NCBI GenBank assembly: GCA_965178125.1
Contig: OZ237739.1
Location: 1-64,000 of the forward strand
Origin: Bilabrum cf. latius
Lineage: Eukaryota
Reading direction: 5' to 3'
Length of the DNA stretch: 64,000 nucleotides
In this document: piece by piece, positions 47,790 to 60,983 of the stretch
How the letters are laid out: the number at the start of each line of letters is the position of its first letter
How positions within the stretch are numbered: the first letter of the stretch is position 1
Program-made: the position numbers and the translations under genes
The notes under the pieces: generated by a model
Databases searched by the model: none
Told to the model about the DNA's origin: nothing
Seen by the model: the letters and a program-made list of their open reading frames with translations, nothing else

Positions 47790-50700
47790 TCATTCGGCGG
47801 CCCGTCGAAGCGCGAACTCCTCCAAAAACCTCGACTTTGCAGCCCCAACCAGCGTGCGCTCGCCCTCGGCGTGCCACTTGGCCGCGCGCGCCGCCTCGCC
47901 GCCGCTCACAAGCCATTCGTAGCCCATGAGCCACACCTCGGCAGCGGCAGACTGGTCCTCCTCCGTGGCGCCGCGCCGCTCCGAAGCAGCAGCCGCGCCC
48001 GGCCCCGCCCTCCTCAGCCAGCCGGGCACGTCCCCACCCGGCAGCGCCCCGTAGGTCCCCTCCAGCACGAGCTCGGTGGCCCGCAGCCACACGGTCGCGG
48101 GGCAGGACCCCCGCGTGCACACGGGCAGCGCCGCCTCCAGGGCCCCCGCACCCCTCCTCTCCGCCCACTCGAGCGCCCACTCGCGCAGCTCCCGCATGGC
48201 CCCGGCCCCCAGCGACGAGCCCCCGCCCCCGCCCATGCCGGTGGCAGACATGGCCGCCCGCACCACGGCCAGCACCAGCACCTCGGCCCCCGGCCTCACG
48301 GACAGAGACCCCTGAGCAGAGGCCAGCACCCTGGGCCACGCCGCCAGCAGCCGCCTCCCCGAGACGCTCGGGCAGCAGGCCCCCAGCACCGCGGCCAGCC
48401 GTCCCGCCCTCGACCACACGGTCGCTGGAGCAGCCACCCCGTGCTTCTGCCTGGCTGCGACACAGGCCCCCAGGGGAGCGGCAGCTGCAGCGAGGGCAGC
48501 CACGATTCCCCTGGTCTTCTCCTATTCTTTCTCCTTGCCCTCTTCCCCGTCCCCACCCTCATCTTCGGCAGCAAGGGGCTCCAAGGTAGCTGCCGCCGAG
48601 GCAGCAGCGGCCAGATGCAGGTCGGAAGCCACCACCGCAGCCTCTGCATCGGCAGCCCCCAGGGCCTCGTGGAGCACCCGCCCCACAGCCACCGCCCCCG
48701 CGTGCTGGCCAGCAGCCACGAAGGCAGCCCCCAGCACCCTTGCCAGACAGCACGCGTGCGAGGCAGCCGACTGGCCGTCACCCTCCCTAAGGGCACGGTC
48801 TCGGGCCGCCCGCGCGAGGGCGCCCGCCTCCTCCGCCTCTGCCTCCGCGTCTGACATCACGCGGGGCCGCTTGCGACCGTCCCCGGAGCCAACGGCTGTG
48901 TCCTGCATCGCGTCATCCAGCTCGCCCAGGAAGGCAGGTCGCACGGCAGCCAGCGGGGACCGCCCCCCTCCCAGCGCCTCGCACGCAGCCTGACCCGCCC
49001 TCCACAGGTCAGGAGCACCGTCCGCCGCACCACGCGCAGCTGCCGCCAGCAAGCCCGCTTGCCTGGAAGCCCAGCTCCCGTCCCTCGCCGCTCCCACGGG
49101 AAGTGCCAGCAGGGAGCCCGCCACACGAGCGGCAGCTGCAGACAGGGACAATCCCGCGAGAGCCACCGGGCTGGCTGCCTCTGCCGAGCGCAATGACCCC
49201 CGCAACGACCGCACGCAGGCTCCAATATCAGCCAGACCGGGTCGCCCCGTGGTGTCCAAGCCGCTGCCGCCCTCCTGCCGCCCCCTCTTCCTGCCGGCAG
49301 AAGCGCCGCCAACACCCGCCCCATCGGATCCAGCCCCGCCTGTCTTGGCCAGCAGGTGGAAACCAACCCACGGCGCTCCCTTTCCCAGAGGGCCGGTGGG
49401 CGCGCTCCCCTTGGACGAAGAAGCGCCTGCCGCCTTGGCCGCCGTGGCCCTGGCCTGCTGCCCCGCTGGGCCCAGCAGCAGCCGCATGGCCGCGTTCTCT
49501 GCAGCTCGCGTGGCCCGCGATAGCTCGTCCGTGGCAGGGGCACACGCCGCTGGCACCGCCGCCCCCAGGATCGGCTGCAGCCCATCCCCATCCCCATCCC
49601 CATCCTCATTCGGCTTGCTCCTGGCCTTACCCTCATCAAGAAGCACCCCCGCCGCCGCCTGCCTCGCTGCGCCATGGGGCGCCCAGGCGATTGCAGCCAG
49701 TGAGACTGCCTCATCCTCCTCCTCTTGACCTTCCCCTGCCCCTCCAGCCTCAACGCCGCCAGTCGCACTGACAGCGCGCAGCACGGGGTCCTCCTCGCCC
49801 GTCCATGCGTCCGCCAGCTCTGACCATGGACCGGCAGCCGCACCCTCCACTGCCTGTGTGGAGCTTCCGGTCCTCAAGTCCCCCATATTCCGCGCCACTG
49901 CGTTCCGAGGTGCCTGCGCGTGCACCAGCTGCGCGAGGGAAGCCCCTGCTACCCGCTGGAGCACAGGGGCACGCGACCCAGAGACGGGGCCTGCGGCAGC
50001 TCCACCTGCACCGCCCGTGGCCTGCGACTCCTTCCTTGCCTCCTTCGCAGCCCCCTGCTGCTCCTCATCCTGCTCCTCTGCCTTGTCCTCCTCGTCGGAA
50101 GCCCCGTCAAGCACGAACAGGGGGCCCTCGCTCGCACCTGCCGCTGCGCTCCTCCTCGCCCTCGCTTCCACGCGCGCGCGATGCACTGCAGCCCAGGAAC
50201 GAGCCAGGGGGAGCAGCCTGCACAATGTGGCAGCCTCCCACGCCCGCCCATCCCCTGGGAATGCCTTGGCCAGCAGCCCCACGCACGTGGCAGTCACCTG
50301 GGGCAGGCGGTCCGGCTGCGGCAGCAAAGAGCCCCCCTGCTCGGATTCAGATTCAGATTCGGAATCGGAATCCCCGCCCCCTTCTTCCGCCCTTGCCTTG
50401 CCATCGTCGCCCTCCCCCTCCCCCACCCCCACCCCCCGCCTCGTCCTCCGCTGCTCTGCAAGCGCGACTGCCGCGGCAGCTGCCCTCAGTCGCCCTGCCT
50501 CACCGCCGGCCTCTGCCTGCACGTCAATGGCCAGTCGAAGCAGCTGGGCCTGCAGCGCCAGCCGCTCTCCCTCGCCCAGCCCAGCCACCTTGGCTGCATT
50601 CCGGGCCACCACGCGGGCCAGCTCACCCGCCGCCACTGCGTCCTGGCCCGCTCCCGTGGCGTCACCGGCGCTGCTCGCAGGGGTCAGGCCCAGCACTCGG

Positions 50701-51413
50701 CGCCTGGCCGATCGTCGCAGAGCCAGTTGCATCTCTAGACGGAATAAGGAGAGCCAGAGGGCTCCCTGACGAGGGGCAGGCAGCGCTCGCAGCCCGCGCT
50801 GCAGCCAGGCCCTGCTCGCGCCCACGTCCCCGGCGCCGTCGTCCCACGCCGCAGCAGCCGCAGCAAGCCACAATTCTACTGAGTGGGGGTGCAGTGCCGT
50901 TGCTTTGGGGAAAATGTCTTGCTCGGTTCGCTTGTGCTTGTGCCGCCTGGCGAAACCTGCAAATCCAAGCCATACGTCGACCCTCTTTCCAAGCCGACGG
51001 GCGGCGCGCTGCCAAATGAAAAGTGCCCTCTGCATTGGCTAGTAATCATGTGGAGACGGCTTTTGTATGCCTGCGAAAATGAGGTGCTGAGGTTTGGAAC
51101 TCCATATATCGATGCAGTTGCAGATGAGCGCGGTACTGTCTGTGCCTCTTGGTAGCGTACTGAGGGTCTCACCCATCTACTACCTGCGAATCTACAGCAT
51201 TTTATCTAGTGTTTCTTCGTATTCAGCCGCCTTTCTCCATACATCAAGGCTTGCTGCCTCCACTTTTGCTCTTGCAACCAGCTGATACTCAAATTCTCTA
51301 CGTTTCGTTGTAAGGGCCCTGATCTCATGCTCATTCAAAAGACCACGCTCGCCCCACGAAAGAAGAGCGGGAGCGGTACGCTCCAATATGCGCTATACCT
51401 CTGACGCGGCCAT
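47790..51413 (-). CDS. UTP6: U3 snoRNA-associated protein 6 (HAT repeats) with long insertions
   Basis: MAASEV*RILER...RREFEY, then HAT-like repeats (ALHPHSVELWLAAA; LQRGLRALP; LWLSLFRLE). One intron near 51.1 kb, TAG at 48522, TGA stop. Confidence 0.8.
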
Positions 51414-51574
51414 GTTGTGGCAGCAAGGATGGCTTCAATTCTGTTGTTGCCTGCTTGGGTACGTGACGAGTGATGGACCGTCGGATGTGCCACCACCACG
51501 ACTGATGGCACCGCTGCGATCGGATAGCCATACTTCAGATACATCAGTATGATTCACAAAGATAGTTTAGCCAT

Positions 51575-54500
51575 TCAAGCATCCGCGCTCTTACCCTCTG
51601 CCTACGATTCCTCCCCGCCCTCCTTGGCCCCCTCCCCCTCCCCCTCCTCGCCAGTCGCCTCCTTGGCAGGCTCCTCCTTCTCCTCCCCGGCATCTCCTGC
51701 CTCCTCCGTTTGGCCATCCAGCGCTGCCTGCAGTTCATCGGCAGACTGTGCCTTTTCCACTTTCTCCCCCTCCTTCTCCCCCTCCGCTGTCTCAGCCTCA
51801 CCCCCTTCCTTCTCGCCCTCCTCGACCGTTGCCTCCGCCACTTCCCTCGCAGTGTCCGCCTTGCGAGTCGCCTCCTTCACGTCCTCGGCAAGCTCCTCGG
51901 AGGAAGAACCGCCGCTATCCCCGCTTGCACGGCCCGCCGCAGCCGCCGCCGATGCCTGCGACCTCCCTGCGTGCCTCGCCGCCTCGGCAGCCCGCTTCTG
52001 GGCCGCTTGCTCGGCGCCCTCGGCCCGCCTGGCAGCCGCCTTGGCCTCGTCGCGGCCCGCCTCCAGCTTCTTGGCGGCCTCCTCGGCGCGGTCCGCCGCC
52101 GAGTCCGCGCTCTCCTTGGACAGCCGGGCGGCCTTCCTGTCACCCACGGCCCCGCTCTTCGCCTCTTCCGCCTTTAGCCTAGACTCCCGGGCCAGCTTTG
52201 CCTCCCGGCGAGCGTCGCCTAGAGCTGCCGTGGCCGTCGCGGCCGCGGCAGCTGCCCTCTCCCCGCCGGCCGTCGCCTCCGTGGCCTTGCGCGCGGCAGT
52301 CTCCTCCGATGCCCTCGAGGCCTGCGCCGCCTTGCGGGCCGTGGACACGCCCGACACCACAGCCTCCCTGTCCTCCCGCGCGGCGTGCTCCGCCACCTTG
52401 GCGGCTGCAGAGGAAGAAGCAGCCGAGGTGGCCGACCTGCGCGCCCGCTCCGCACCGGCCACCGCCTCCTGCGATGCGCGATGTGCCGCCCTACGCGCCA
52501 CAAGCGTGGCGTTGTGGCTGCTTGCCGCGGCCTGCGAAGCAGTGGCGGCCGCCAGCGAGGCAGCCTCGGCCTGCTGCACCAGCCGCTGCGTCTGGTTGAG
52601 TGCCTTGCTGGCCCCACGCTTGGCATCCATGGCCTCGCCCGCTAGCTTCACGGCGCGCTCTAGAGTCTCGCGGACCTCCTCCGCGGCGTGCTGGGCCGCC
52701 CGTGCCGCCTCAACTGCCATTCGCGCGTCTGGGGACAGCGGCAGTGGCTCGGGGGAGGGCTGCACCTCTAGCGGGACTGGCACCACCAGCACCTGCTTCT
52801 GCTTGGCGGGAACTGGCGCTGCTTCTTGCTTGGCAGCAGGTGCAGGTGCAGCCTCGTCAGCGACAGGCGCGGCAGCGACAGGTGCAACCTCATCAGCGAC
52901 AGGTGCAGGTGCAACCTCGTCAGCGACAGGTGCAGCCTCGTCAGCGACAGGCGCGGCAGCGACAGGTGCAACCTCATCAGCGACAGGTGCGGCAGCGACA
53001 GGTGCAGGTGCAGCCTCGTCAGCGACAGGCGCGGCAGCAACAGGTGCAGCCTCGTCAGCGACAGGCGCGGCAGCGACAGGTGCAGGTGCAGCCTCGTCAG
53101 CGACAGGCGCGGCAGCAACAGGTGCAACCTCATCAGCGACAGGTGCAGGTGCAGCCTCGTCAGCGACAGGCGCGGCAGCGACAGGTGCAACCTCATCAGC
53201 GACAGGTGCAGGTGCGGTCTCCTCAGCGACTGGCGCGGCAGGTGCAGGTTCGTCCCTGGCTGCACTCCTCATGCGAATGCGGGAGCCCCCCCGCACCTTG
53301 CTAGACACCCCGGCCTGCGACTACAGTAGGACCGTGCCAGCGTCCATTGCAGGCGGTGCCTGTGCTGCGGCAGCGCTTGCTGGCCTGGGAACCATCTGAA
53401 GCAGACCGGTGGACGCAGAGACGGTGGCTCCTGTCTCCTGGATGTAGCTCGCGCACTGCTGCACGGTCCACGACCCAGTAGTGCGAGCCAGCTCGGCCGC
53501 GGCTTGCACTCGCTGAGCCATGATACCGCCCGCGCCAGCCACGGCGCGCTGCGCCGCCTCAGCCTGTGCCTGCGCAGCGGCGGCCCTGGCCAGCCTGGCC
53601 CCGCAGGACTGGTCCTCGGGGCTGGGTGCCACGAGGGGCACGCAGGAGCCAGCCGAGGAGGAGGACGAAGAGCTCAGCTCGTCGGGGCGTTCCATGGACC
53701 CGCACTGCCTCGCGGACAGCACCCTGAATGCGCCCTGCATGACCTCCTGCTGTTCCCTGGACAACCTGGAGCCGACCTGCAGCAGAGATGCACCCTCGTC
53801 ATCGGCCTTGCTCTCCTCCTCTTCACCGTGCTTCTCCTCTGCGACCTCCTCTCTGGCTTCCTGCCGGTTGGTCAGCACCTTCTTGGCGTGGTGCAAAGCA
53901 TCCACTACATCGCTGAGGTCAGTGGAATCATTGGAGTCTTTCTGCTCGTCCTCCTCGTCCTTGGAATCCTCCTCCTCTTCGTCCTCCTCCTCCTCCTCCT
54001 CCTCGTCCTCGTCCTTGGAGTCCTCCTCCTCCTCGTCCTTGGAGTCCTCCTCCTCCTCGTCGTCCTTGGAGTCCCCCTCTTCGTCCTTGGAGTCCTCCTC
54101 CTCGTCCTTGGAATCCTCCTCCTCGTCCTTGGAATCCTCCTCCTCGTCCTTGGAATCCTCCTCCTCTTCGTCCTTGGAATCCTCCTCCTCTTCGTCCTCA
54201 GCGCCCGCTTTCGCGTTCCCACAGCGCTTGAGACAGACACCGTCGCACACTTGGGAGCACTTCTCGGCCTCGCCCCCCTTCTGCTTGCAGACAGCCTCGC
54301 AAACAGGCCTGCAGTGCTTGCAATCGTCCTTGGCCGGGCCGTCCTTTTGCCAGTCGTTACCGAGCACATAGTGTGCATTCAACCCGCCACCGTTCCCATG
54401 CGCGATGGCACTGCCAGCAGCGGTAGGACGACCGTCTTCTTCATCGCCCTCACTCTCGGCCTTGGCCTTGGTCTCGCCCTCCTCAGCGGGTGCTGCTGCT

Positions 54501-56391
54501 GCTGCTGCAGGTGCTGCCTCCTTGGCCTTGGTCTCGCCCTCCTCAGCGGGTGCTGCTGCTGCTGCTGCTGCAGGTGCTGCCTCCTTGGCCTTGGTCTCGC
54601 CCTCCTCAGCGGGTGCTGCTGCTGCTGCTGCAGGTGCTGCCTCCTCGGCCTTGGTCTCGCCCTCCTCAGCGGGTGCTGCTGCTGCTGCTGCAGGTGCTGC
54701 CTCCTTGGCCTTGGTCTCGCCCTCCTCAGCGGGTGCTGCTGCAGCTGCTGCAGGTGCTGCCTCCTCGGCCTTGGTCTCGCCCTCCTCAGCGGGTGCTGCT
54801 GCAGCTGCTGCAGGTGCTGCCTCCTCGGCCTTGGCCTTGGTCTCGCCCTCCTCAGCGGGTGCTGCTGCTGCTGCTGCAGGTGCTGCCTCCTCGGCCTTGG
54901 TCTCGCCCTCCTCAGCGGGTGCTGCTGCTGCTGCTGCAGGTGCTGCCTCCTTGGCCTTGGTCTCGCCCTCCTCAGCGGGTGCTGCTGCTGCTGCTGCAGG
55001 TGCTGCCTCCTTGGCCTTGGTCTCGCCCTCCTCAGCGGGTGCTGCTGCTGCTGCTGCAGGTGCTGCCTCCTCGGCCTTGGTCTCGCCCTCCTCAGCGGGT
55101 GCTGCTGCTGCTGCTGCAGGTGCTGCCTCCTCGGCCTTGGTCTCACCCTCCTCAGCGGGTGCTGCTGCAGCTGCTGCAGGTGCTGCCTCCTCGGCCTTGG
55201 TCTCGCCCTCCTCAGCGGGTGCTGCTGCTGCTGCTGCAGGTGCTGCCTCCTCGGCCTTGGTCTCACCCTCCTCAGCGGGTGCTGCTGCTGCTGCTGCAGG
55301 TGCTGCCTCCTTGGCCTTGGTCTCGCCCTCCTCAGCGGGTGCTGCTGCTGCTGCTGCAGGTGCTGCCTCCTCGGCCTTGGTCTCGCCCTCCTCAGCGGGT
55401 GCTGCTGCTGCTGCTGCAGGTGCTGCCTCCTCGGCCTTGGCCTTGGTTTCGCCCTCCTCAGCGGGTGCTGCTGCTGGTGCTGCAGGTGCCGCCTCCTCGG
55501 CCTTGGTCTCGCCCGTCTCCACCACAGTAGGCAAGAATGCCTCTCCGCCACTCTCTTCGTGCCTGTCCTTGACATTCTCCACAGCCTCGCTGACCTTGGC
55601 CTTGGTTTCTGCTGAAAGGCTCTCCACGTCTGCATCTGTGCTCGTCACAGTGCCGTCCTCCTGGAGGTCCAGCACGCGGGCCTCGGGCTTGTCGGCCCCG
55701 CCCGATTCCTCGTGGTCCTGCTTCATGTCTTCTACGGAGTCTTTAACGGCCTAGGCCACATCCGGAGAGAGTTCGCCCAGGCTCTGCTGCGTGGGCGGGG
55801 CTTGCTCGGCAGCCTTGGCTTCCTCCTTGGATTCCGAAGCAGCTTCCACCCCAGTTTCGCTAGTTGTCTCGCTCTTCTCAGCATCAAGAGAGGGTAGATC
55901 ATCTGGATTGGCACCTGCGTGATCTGTTCCGCGGCCAATAACTTTGTCTGCCATCGAAATGTCGTCCTTTGGCTCGAGACTAGCTACTCCAGATTGCAAC
56001 AGTGCAGAGCCTCGCAGACCAACGTAAGCATGCTGCGATCCGAAAAATAATAAACTTAAGACAATATATTCGCTAGAAATGGCAGCAAGTGCGTAAGGAT
56101 AGCCACCAAGCTTCAACACATGTTGCAAGCCTTCGGTCCTCACGGGTGCTAGCCCTGCCGCGTCGCTATTCATTCGTCGGCATTGCGAAACGCCTGCGTC
56201 GATGGAACAAAATAAAGATGTGGATGCAATGTGCGCTGCCATAGAGAAAACACGAGGCTGAGATCGGTGTGAAAGGGCAAGCACGGATCGACCATGCTGC
56301 TGGCACCTCTTCTGGGGTTTATGAAGACACAATCCAAACACTTACCAGCTGATAAGGCTATGATCGATAATATTATTGCAATTGACCGCAT
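51575..56391 (-). CDS. Large secreted Ala/Glu-rich repeat protein (~1500 aa)
   Basis: Signal peptide MRSIAIILSIIALSA followed by a GTAAG intron, then one frame through TAGs at 55751, 53321 and 51602 to TGA 51575. Three repeat blocks and a Cys-rich module. Confidence 0.75.
52845..53250. repeat. Coding repeat (APVADE[A/V]AP...)n
   Basis: Modular short units within the secreted protein gene. Confidence 0.85.
53945..54200. repeat. Coding acidic repeat (DSKDEEE)n
   Basis: 21-27-bp units. Confidence 0.85.
54460..55512. repeat. ~60-bp coding minisatellite (~17 copies)
   Basis: Encodes A[E/K]EAAPAAAAAAPAEEGETK. Confidence 0.93.
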
Positions 56392-56575
56392 GATACAACC
56401 ACCAGGGCTAGTACAGAGCACCCGGGAGGTCGTTGTAGGGGAAAGCCAGCTCTGCCTCTCGAAAACCAGTCTATGCACGTTACAAAAAATCATGATGTTC
56501 CGCAAAGGATGCGCGGCGTCTGTCCGGAGTGGAAATAATACACTTAGGATTTGAAATCAGCAACTCTGTGATAGC

Positions 56576-57727
56576 ATGGACGCATAGACAGCCATTGATG
56601 CTGGATCAGTATTTTCATTTGCAGCAGGAGGCATTAGCACCGAGAGCGATGATTGGAATAAGGTAGAAGAGCTATTATCGAGCAAACCAATGCTTGCCAG
56701 GGTAAAGGACCAGCACGGGGACTACGCCATTCACAAAGCGTGCGAGCGAGGAACACTAGATGCTATTGATCGATTAGTGCCGCATTCACGAGCAGCTCTA
56801 TCGAAGCCAGGGGCCCGTGGCTGGCCCCCGCTTCACGTTGCCTGCTTGCAGGGACGCGCAGATGTTGTCGCCAAGTTGCTGGGGTGTATTTCTAGCTCTC
56901 ATGGGAATGTGGTTGCCGCAGAGTGCACGGCTTTGAGACATTCTGCAAGGTTAGTGCCTCCTCTGGGCGTGGCATGCGCCCGTGGGCTCTCTGACGCAGT
57001 GCTGGTCCTCGCAAAGGCCGGCGGCCCAACCTGGGGCCCAGCCAGCGCGGACACTGACGGTCTCACGCCGGCCCACTGGGCTGCTGCGCATGGCCATGGC
57101 TCATGTATTATGCAATTAGCCCAAGCGACGGAAGAAGCTTGCTCGAGCGCCCGCCAGCGCCTACCCACCGAGCTGGACTCCGTGCTGGCGGCAACTGCAA
57201 AGGACGGGAGCACCCCTCTGCACCTGGCCTGTGCGGGGGGACACATGAAAGCAGCCGTGTGGATCTGTGACGCGGGTGCGCGGCGCTGGGCTCGCGCCCA
57301 GCTTGCTGCCCGCCGACTGTCTGCCTCCTCCTCCTCGAGTGCTGCAGCCGAGGGGGACCAAGGAAGCGCTGCAACGTCCTCGTCCTCGTCCTCGTCTGTA
57401 TATGCTTCAAGCAGCGGAGTAGATTCCGGGGGAGTCGGCGGCGGGATGGAAGACCAGGATGCACTCGTCAGGGAACAAACCAAGTATTGCGAGAACAGGC
57501 TGCTGGGGGCTGCGGACGCGCGGGGCCGCACCCCGATGCACGTCGCCGCCATGGCGGGGCACTCCTCTCTGGTGGCCCAGCTCGTGTCCAGGGGAGGGGA
57601 CATGGCGCGGGGGGACCACACCGGGATGACTCCGGCGATGCTTAAGAAAGATGCAGAGGCTGCCCGGGTGGCGGCTGCCAGTGCTGCCATGCATGCTGCC
57701 GGTGGGGAGGACGCCGTGGAGACCTGA
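56576..57727 (+). CDS. Ankyrin-repeat protein
   Basis: GWPPLHVAC, GLTPAHWAA, GSTPLHLAC and GRTPMHVAA. The upstream in-frame ATG needs readthrough of TAG at 56585; TGA stop. Confidence 0.9.
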
Positions 57728-57867
57728 GGGCGAATGTGGCTGAGGTCGAATTTGGTCCCACTGCTGTTCGTGGGTCATATCTGAGACACTACAGTGCGAT
57801 CTGTGTTGTTGTGCCATTGCGAAGGAGACCAGACTCGCCCCATGATCACCTGCCCCTGCTCGCCACG

Positions 57868-60702
57868 TCACCTGCTGGACACCACGGAGCGGAACGCCTC
57901 CTGAGAGAGCCGCACCTGCCCCACGCTCTTCATCCTCGCCTTGCCCTCCTTCTGCTTCTCCAGCAGCTTCCGCTTGCGACTCACGTCCCCCCCTCCCACG
58001 GTCTTGCCGCTCTTGGTCAGCACGTCCTTCCTGTAGGGCGCGATCCTCTCCCTAGCGACCACCTTGCCGCCCACGAGTGCCTGAATGACCACCTCGAACT
58101 GCTGCCGCTTGATCTCCGCGCGCAGTCGCTGCGCCACCCGCCTACCCTCCACGTCGGCGGTGTCAGCCGGCGCCACGAAGCTGAGAGGCTCCACCTCCTT
58201 CCCGTTGAGAACCATATCAACCTTGACCACGTCGCTCTCCCTGAAGCCCGCTGGCTCGTATGCCATGGCTGCGTATCCCTTGGTCACGCTCTTGAGCTGG
58301 TCGAAGAGGTCCTTGGCCAGCTCCTGCCACGGCACCTCATACAGCAGCACCGCGGGCGGACCCCCATCCCCACCCTCCTCCCCGCTCCCGCCACCGCTCG
58401 CGCCCATGACCGCGTCTGTCTACCATTCCATGTCCAGCTGCTCGCCACGGCTGTCCCGCAGCACCCGCATCACAGCAGCCACACCCCAGTCCGGACACCG
58501 CACCTCGCACCTCACCACGGGCTCCCACACCTTGGCGATATCTTGCGTGCTGGGCATCTGGTCAGGCCTCCGGGCTACCACGCAGCGCCAGGCCGCTGCG
58601 CCCTGCGAACGCACCGCCTCCAGCGCGCCCGCCGTGTGCTAAAGCTCCCGGTCGAATGAGGTTTCAGGCAGGTCCAGGGCCGCGATGCGAGCCGAAAGGT
58701 CTCCCCCCACACCGCCGCTGCCTTGCTCCGCCTCATCGATCGCGCTGCGGAAGGCCTTCAGGTCGGCCCCCGCCGCTCTAAGCTCTCTCTCGAAGTCCAG
58801 CTTCCTCTACTTGGCCCCCTGCGAGCCCTCCTTGAGCACGACAAGCAAGGGGGCCATGGGCGCCGTCACCACGACCTCCTGTCCGTGCTCCTGCCGCAGC
58901 CTCTCCTGCACCACGTCCATGTGCAGCAGTCCGAGGAACCCGCACCGGAACCCGCTCCCGAGACTGGCGCTCCTCTCCTTCGTCGCCTCCAGCGAGGCGT
59001 CTGTCAGCTGCAGCCGAGACACCGCCGCGTCCAGCGCCTCAAAGTCACCCCCGTCCGCGGGATAGACGGAAGCAAACACCATCGGTCGCGCCGGCTCGAA
59101 CCCCGGCAGCGGGTGCACATCCGCCTCTCCCGCCCGCAGGGGCACTGACGGCCTGTCGGGGTCATCGACCAGCGTGTCTCCAACGCGGCACTCCCTCGCA
59201 TCCCGAATCCCTGCGGAGAACCAGCCCACGGTCCCCGCCGGCAGCACGTCTGCCCTCAGGGGCCTGGGCGAGAGGATGCCCAGGTCCTGCACGCGGTACC
59301 TCTTGCCCGTGCTGGCCAGCTGCACAGAAGCTCCCTTCTTCAAGGAGCCGTCCCTCACCTGCACCACGCCCACGGAGCCACGGTGCGGGTCGTGCCAGCT
59401 GTCAAAGAGGAACCCCCGCAGACGAGAGGCCGGCTGCCCGCTGCCCCACCCGGTGGACGCTCCCGCCCGGGCCCGCTCCGCCGCCACGCGATAATACTCG
59501 TCCATCGAGGCAGGGTCAGGATTCGGAGCATCGCCGGCACCGGCCTGGCGCTTGTCTCTGACCCCCCTTCCAGGCGCGGGGGGCGGCAGCATCTCCGCGA
59601 TTGCCCTCAGCACGTCCGCTGTTCCCTCGCCCGTCTTGGCGCTCGTCCACAGGCACCACTCCTCCGCGTGAGGAGGGAACAACAGACCCCCTCCCCCCGT
59701 GCCTCCGCTTCCACTCACACCGCCACCTGACTCTCTCTCCCTCTGACTCGCCTGCCAGGCCACCTCGTCCTGCAGCAGCCCACGCAGCGCAAGCTCCGGG
59801 TCTGCCCCTGGCAGGTCCACCTTGGTGAGCACCGGCAGCACGGCCAGCCCAGCGGCGCGGGCCAGCCGCAAGTTGGACAGCGTCTGTGCCTGCACGCCCT
59901 GGGCAGCGTCCACCAGCAGCAGCGCCCCGTCGCAGGCAGCCATGGCCCGGCTCACCTCGTACTAGAAGTCCACGTGCCCGGGCGTGTCGATCAGGTTGTA
60001 GAGCCAGGGGCCGGAGGAAGGGGCGTTGGCGCTTGACCCGCGGTCATCGCCGTCGCCTGGCTAGCCGGCTGGGTCCTCCCCCCAGTCCCAGCCTTTCCCG
60101 AGCGCGGCAGCCTCCGTCGCAGTCTCCCACAGCGGGCGAATCGGTGCAGCCGGCTCCTCCTCGCCGGCGTGTAGCCCAGCAACGGTTTCATGGGACAGAA
60201 GCAAGGACGCCGTCTGGGCACGCACAGTGATCCCTCGCTCTCGTTCGACATCGAGCATGTCAAGGCACTGCGACTAATCCTTGTTGAGCTTGTCTACATT
60301 CTGGGCGGTCTCGAGCAGCCGATCACACAGCGTGCTTTTGCCGTGATCAACGTGTGCAATCACGCACAGGTTACGAATCCTCTCCATTGGTATGTTTGCA
60401 TATGATTGCAACAATCGCTCCTCTCCCGCCGTGTTCACGGCCGAGGTTGACTGGGTTTGAGTAGAGGCTCCAGTAGTTGCACATCGGATGCTTCCGTGCC
60501 GGATGCAACCGAATGGACGCCGGTGTCTCGATTGGCGCAATTTCATTGACCCCAAAGACTAAGTGCACAGCTGGAGTTGCTTCCCGTGTGAAGCAGAGTG
60601 GCTTCGCGAGCACACTGACCTGGTAGATGCGACGAGCCGGGACAACACCTGCATTCTCCAAGTTCGCAGCAAAGCAGCGGCAGGCCGAACCCGTCGAAGC
60701 AT
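57868..60702 (-). CDS. GUF1: Mitochondrial translation factor GUF1/LepA (EF4)
   Basis: Presequence, [56 protein letters not shown] and [17 protein letters not shown]. Intronless frame through 7 TAGs (60559, 60274, 60061, 59962, 58807, 58639, 58420); TGA stop. Confidence 0.93.
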
Positions 60703-60983
60703 AAAAGACGTGATGTAGTGTGCTAGCTGCAGAGGAATTGGCCAACTCGGCTCGAGTGTGCTCTCTATTCGATCTCTTCATCGAGGAGACCAGCTCCGAA
60801 TCGTTGCGGCGGCAAGCACTTGCATGCCAGTGGTTCAGCGGCGATTTCGGTTGCACGAGCCAAAATGCTTGAAAGCGTAGTAGGTAGAGCAATACACGCA
60901 AAGCTAAGCAAACGCACAAGCACGAACGGCAGGCCCCTGAGACCTGCAGGCCGTCTCATCAGTGAGTGCCGAGGTGCATCACG

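Noticed and set aside
51549-55754. Long plus-strand Cys/Leu- or Ser/Ala-rich ORFs
   Set aside because: They are antisense shadows of the minus-strand repeat protein.
12156-60702. Mass pseudogenisation or sequencing errors as the cause of internal stops
   Set aside because: The internal stops are only TAG, come without frameshifts, occur in housekeeping genes, and often sit at Gln positions.
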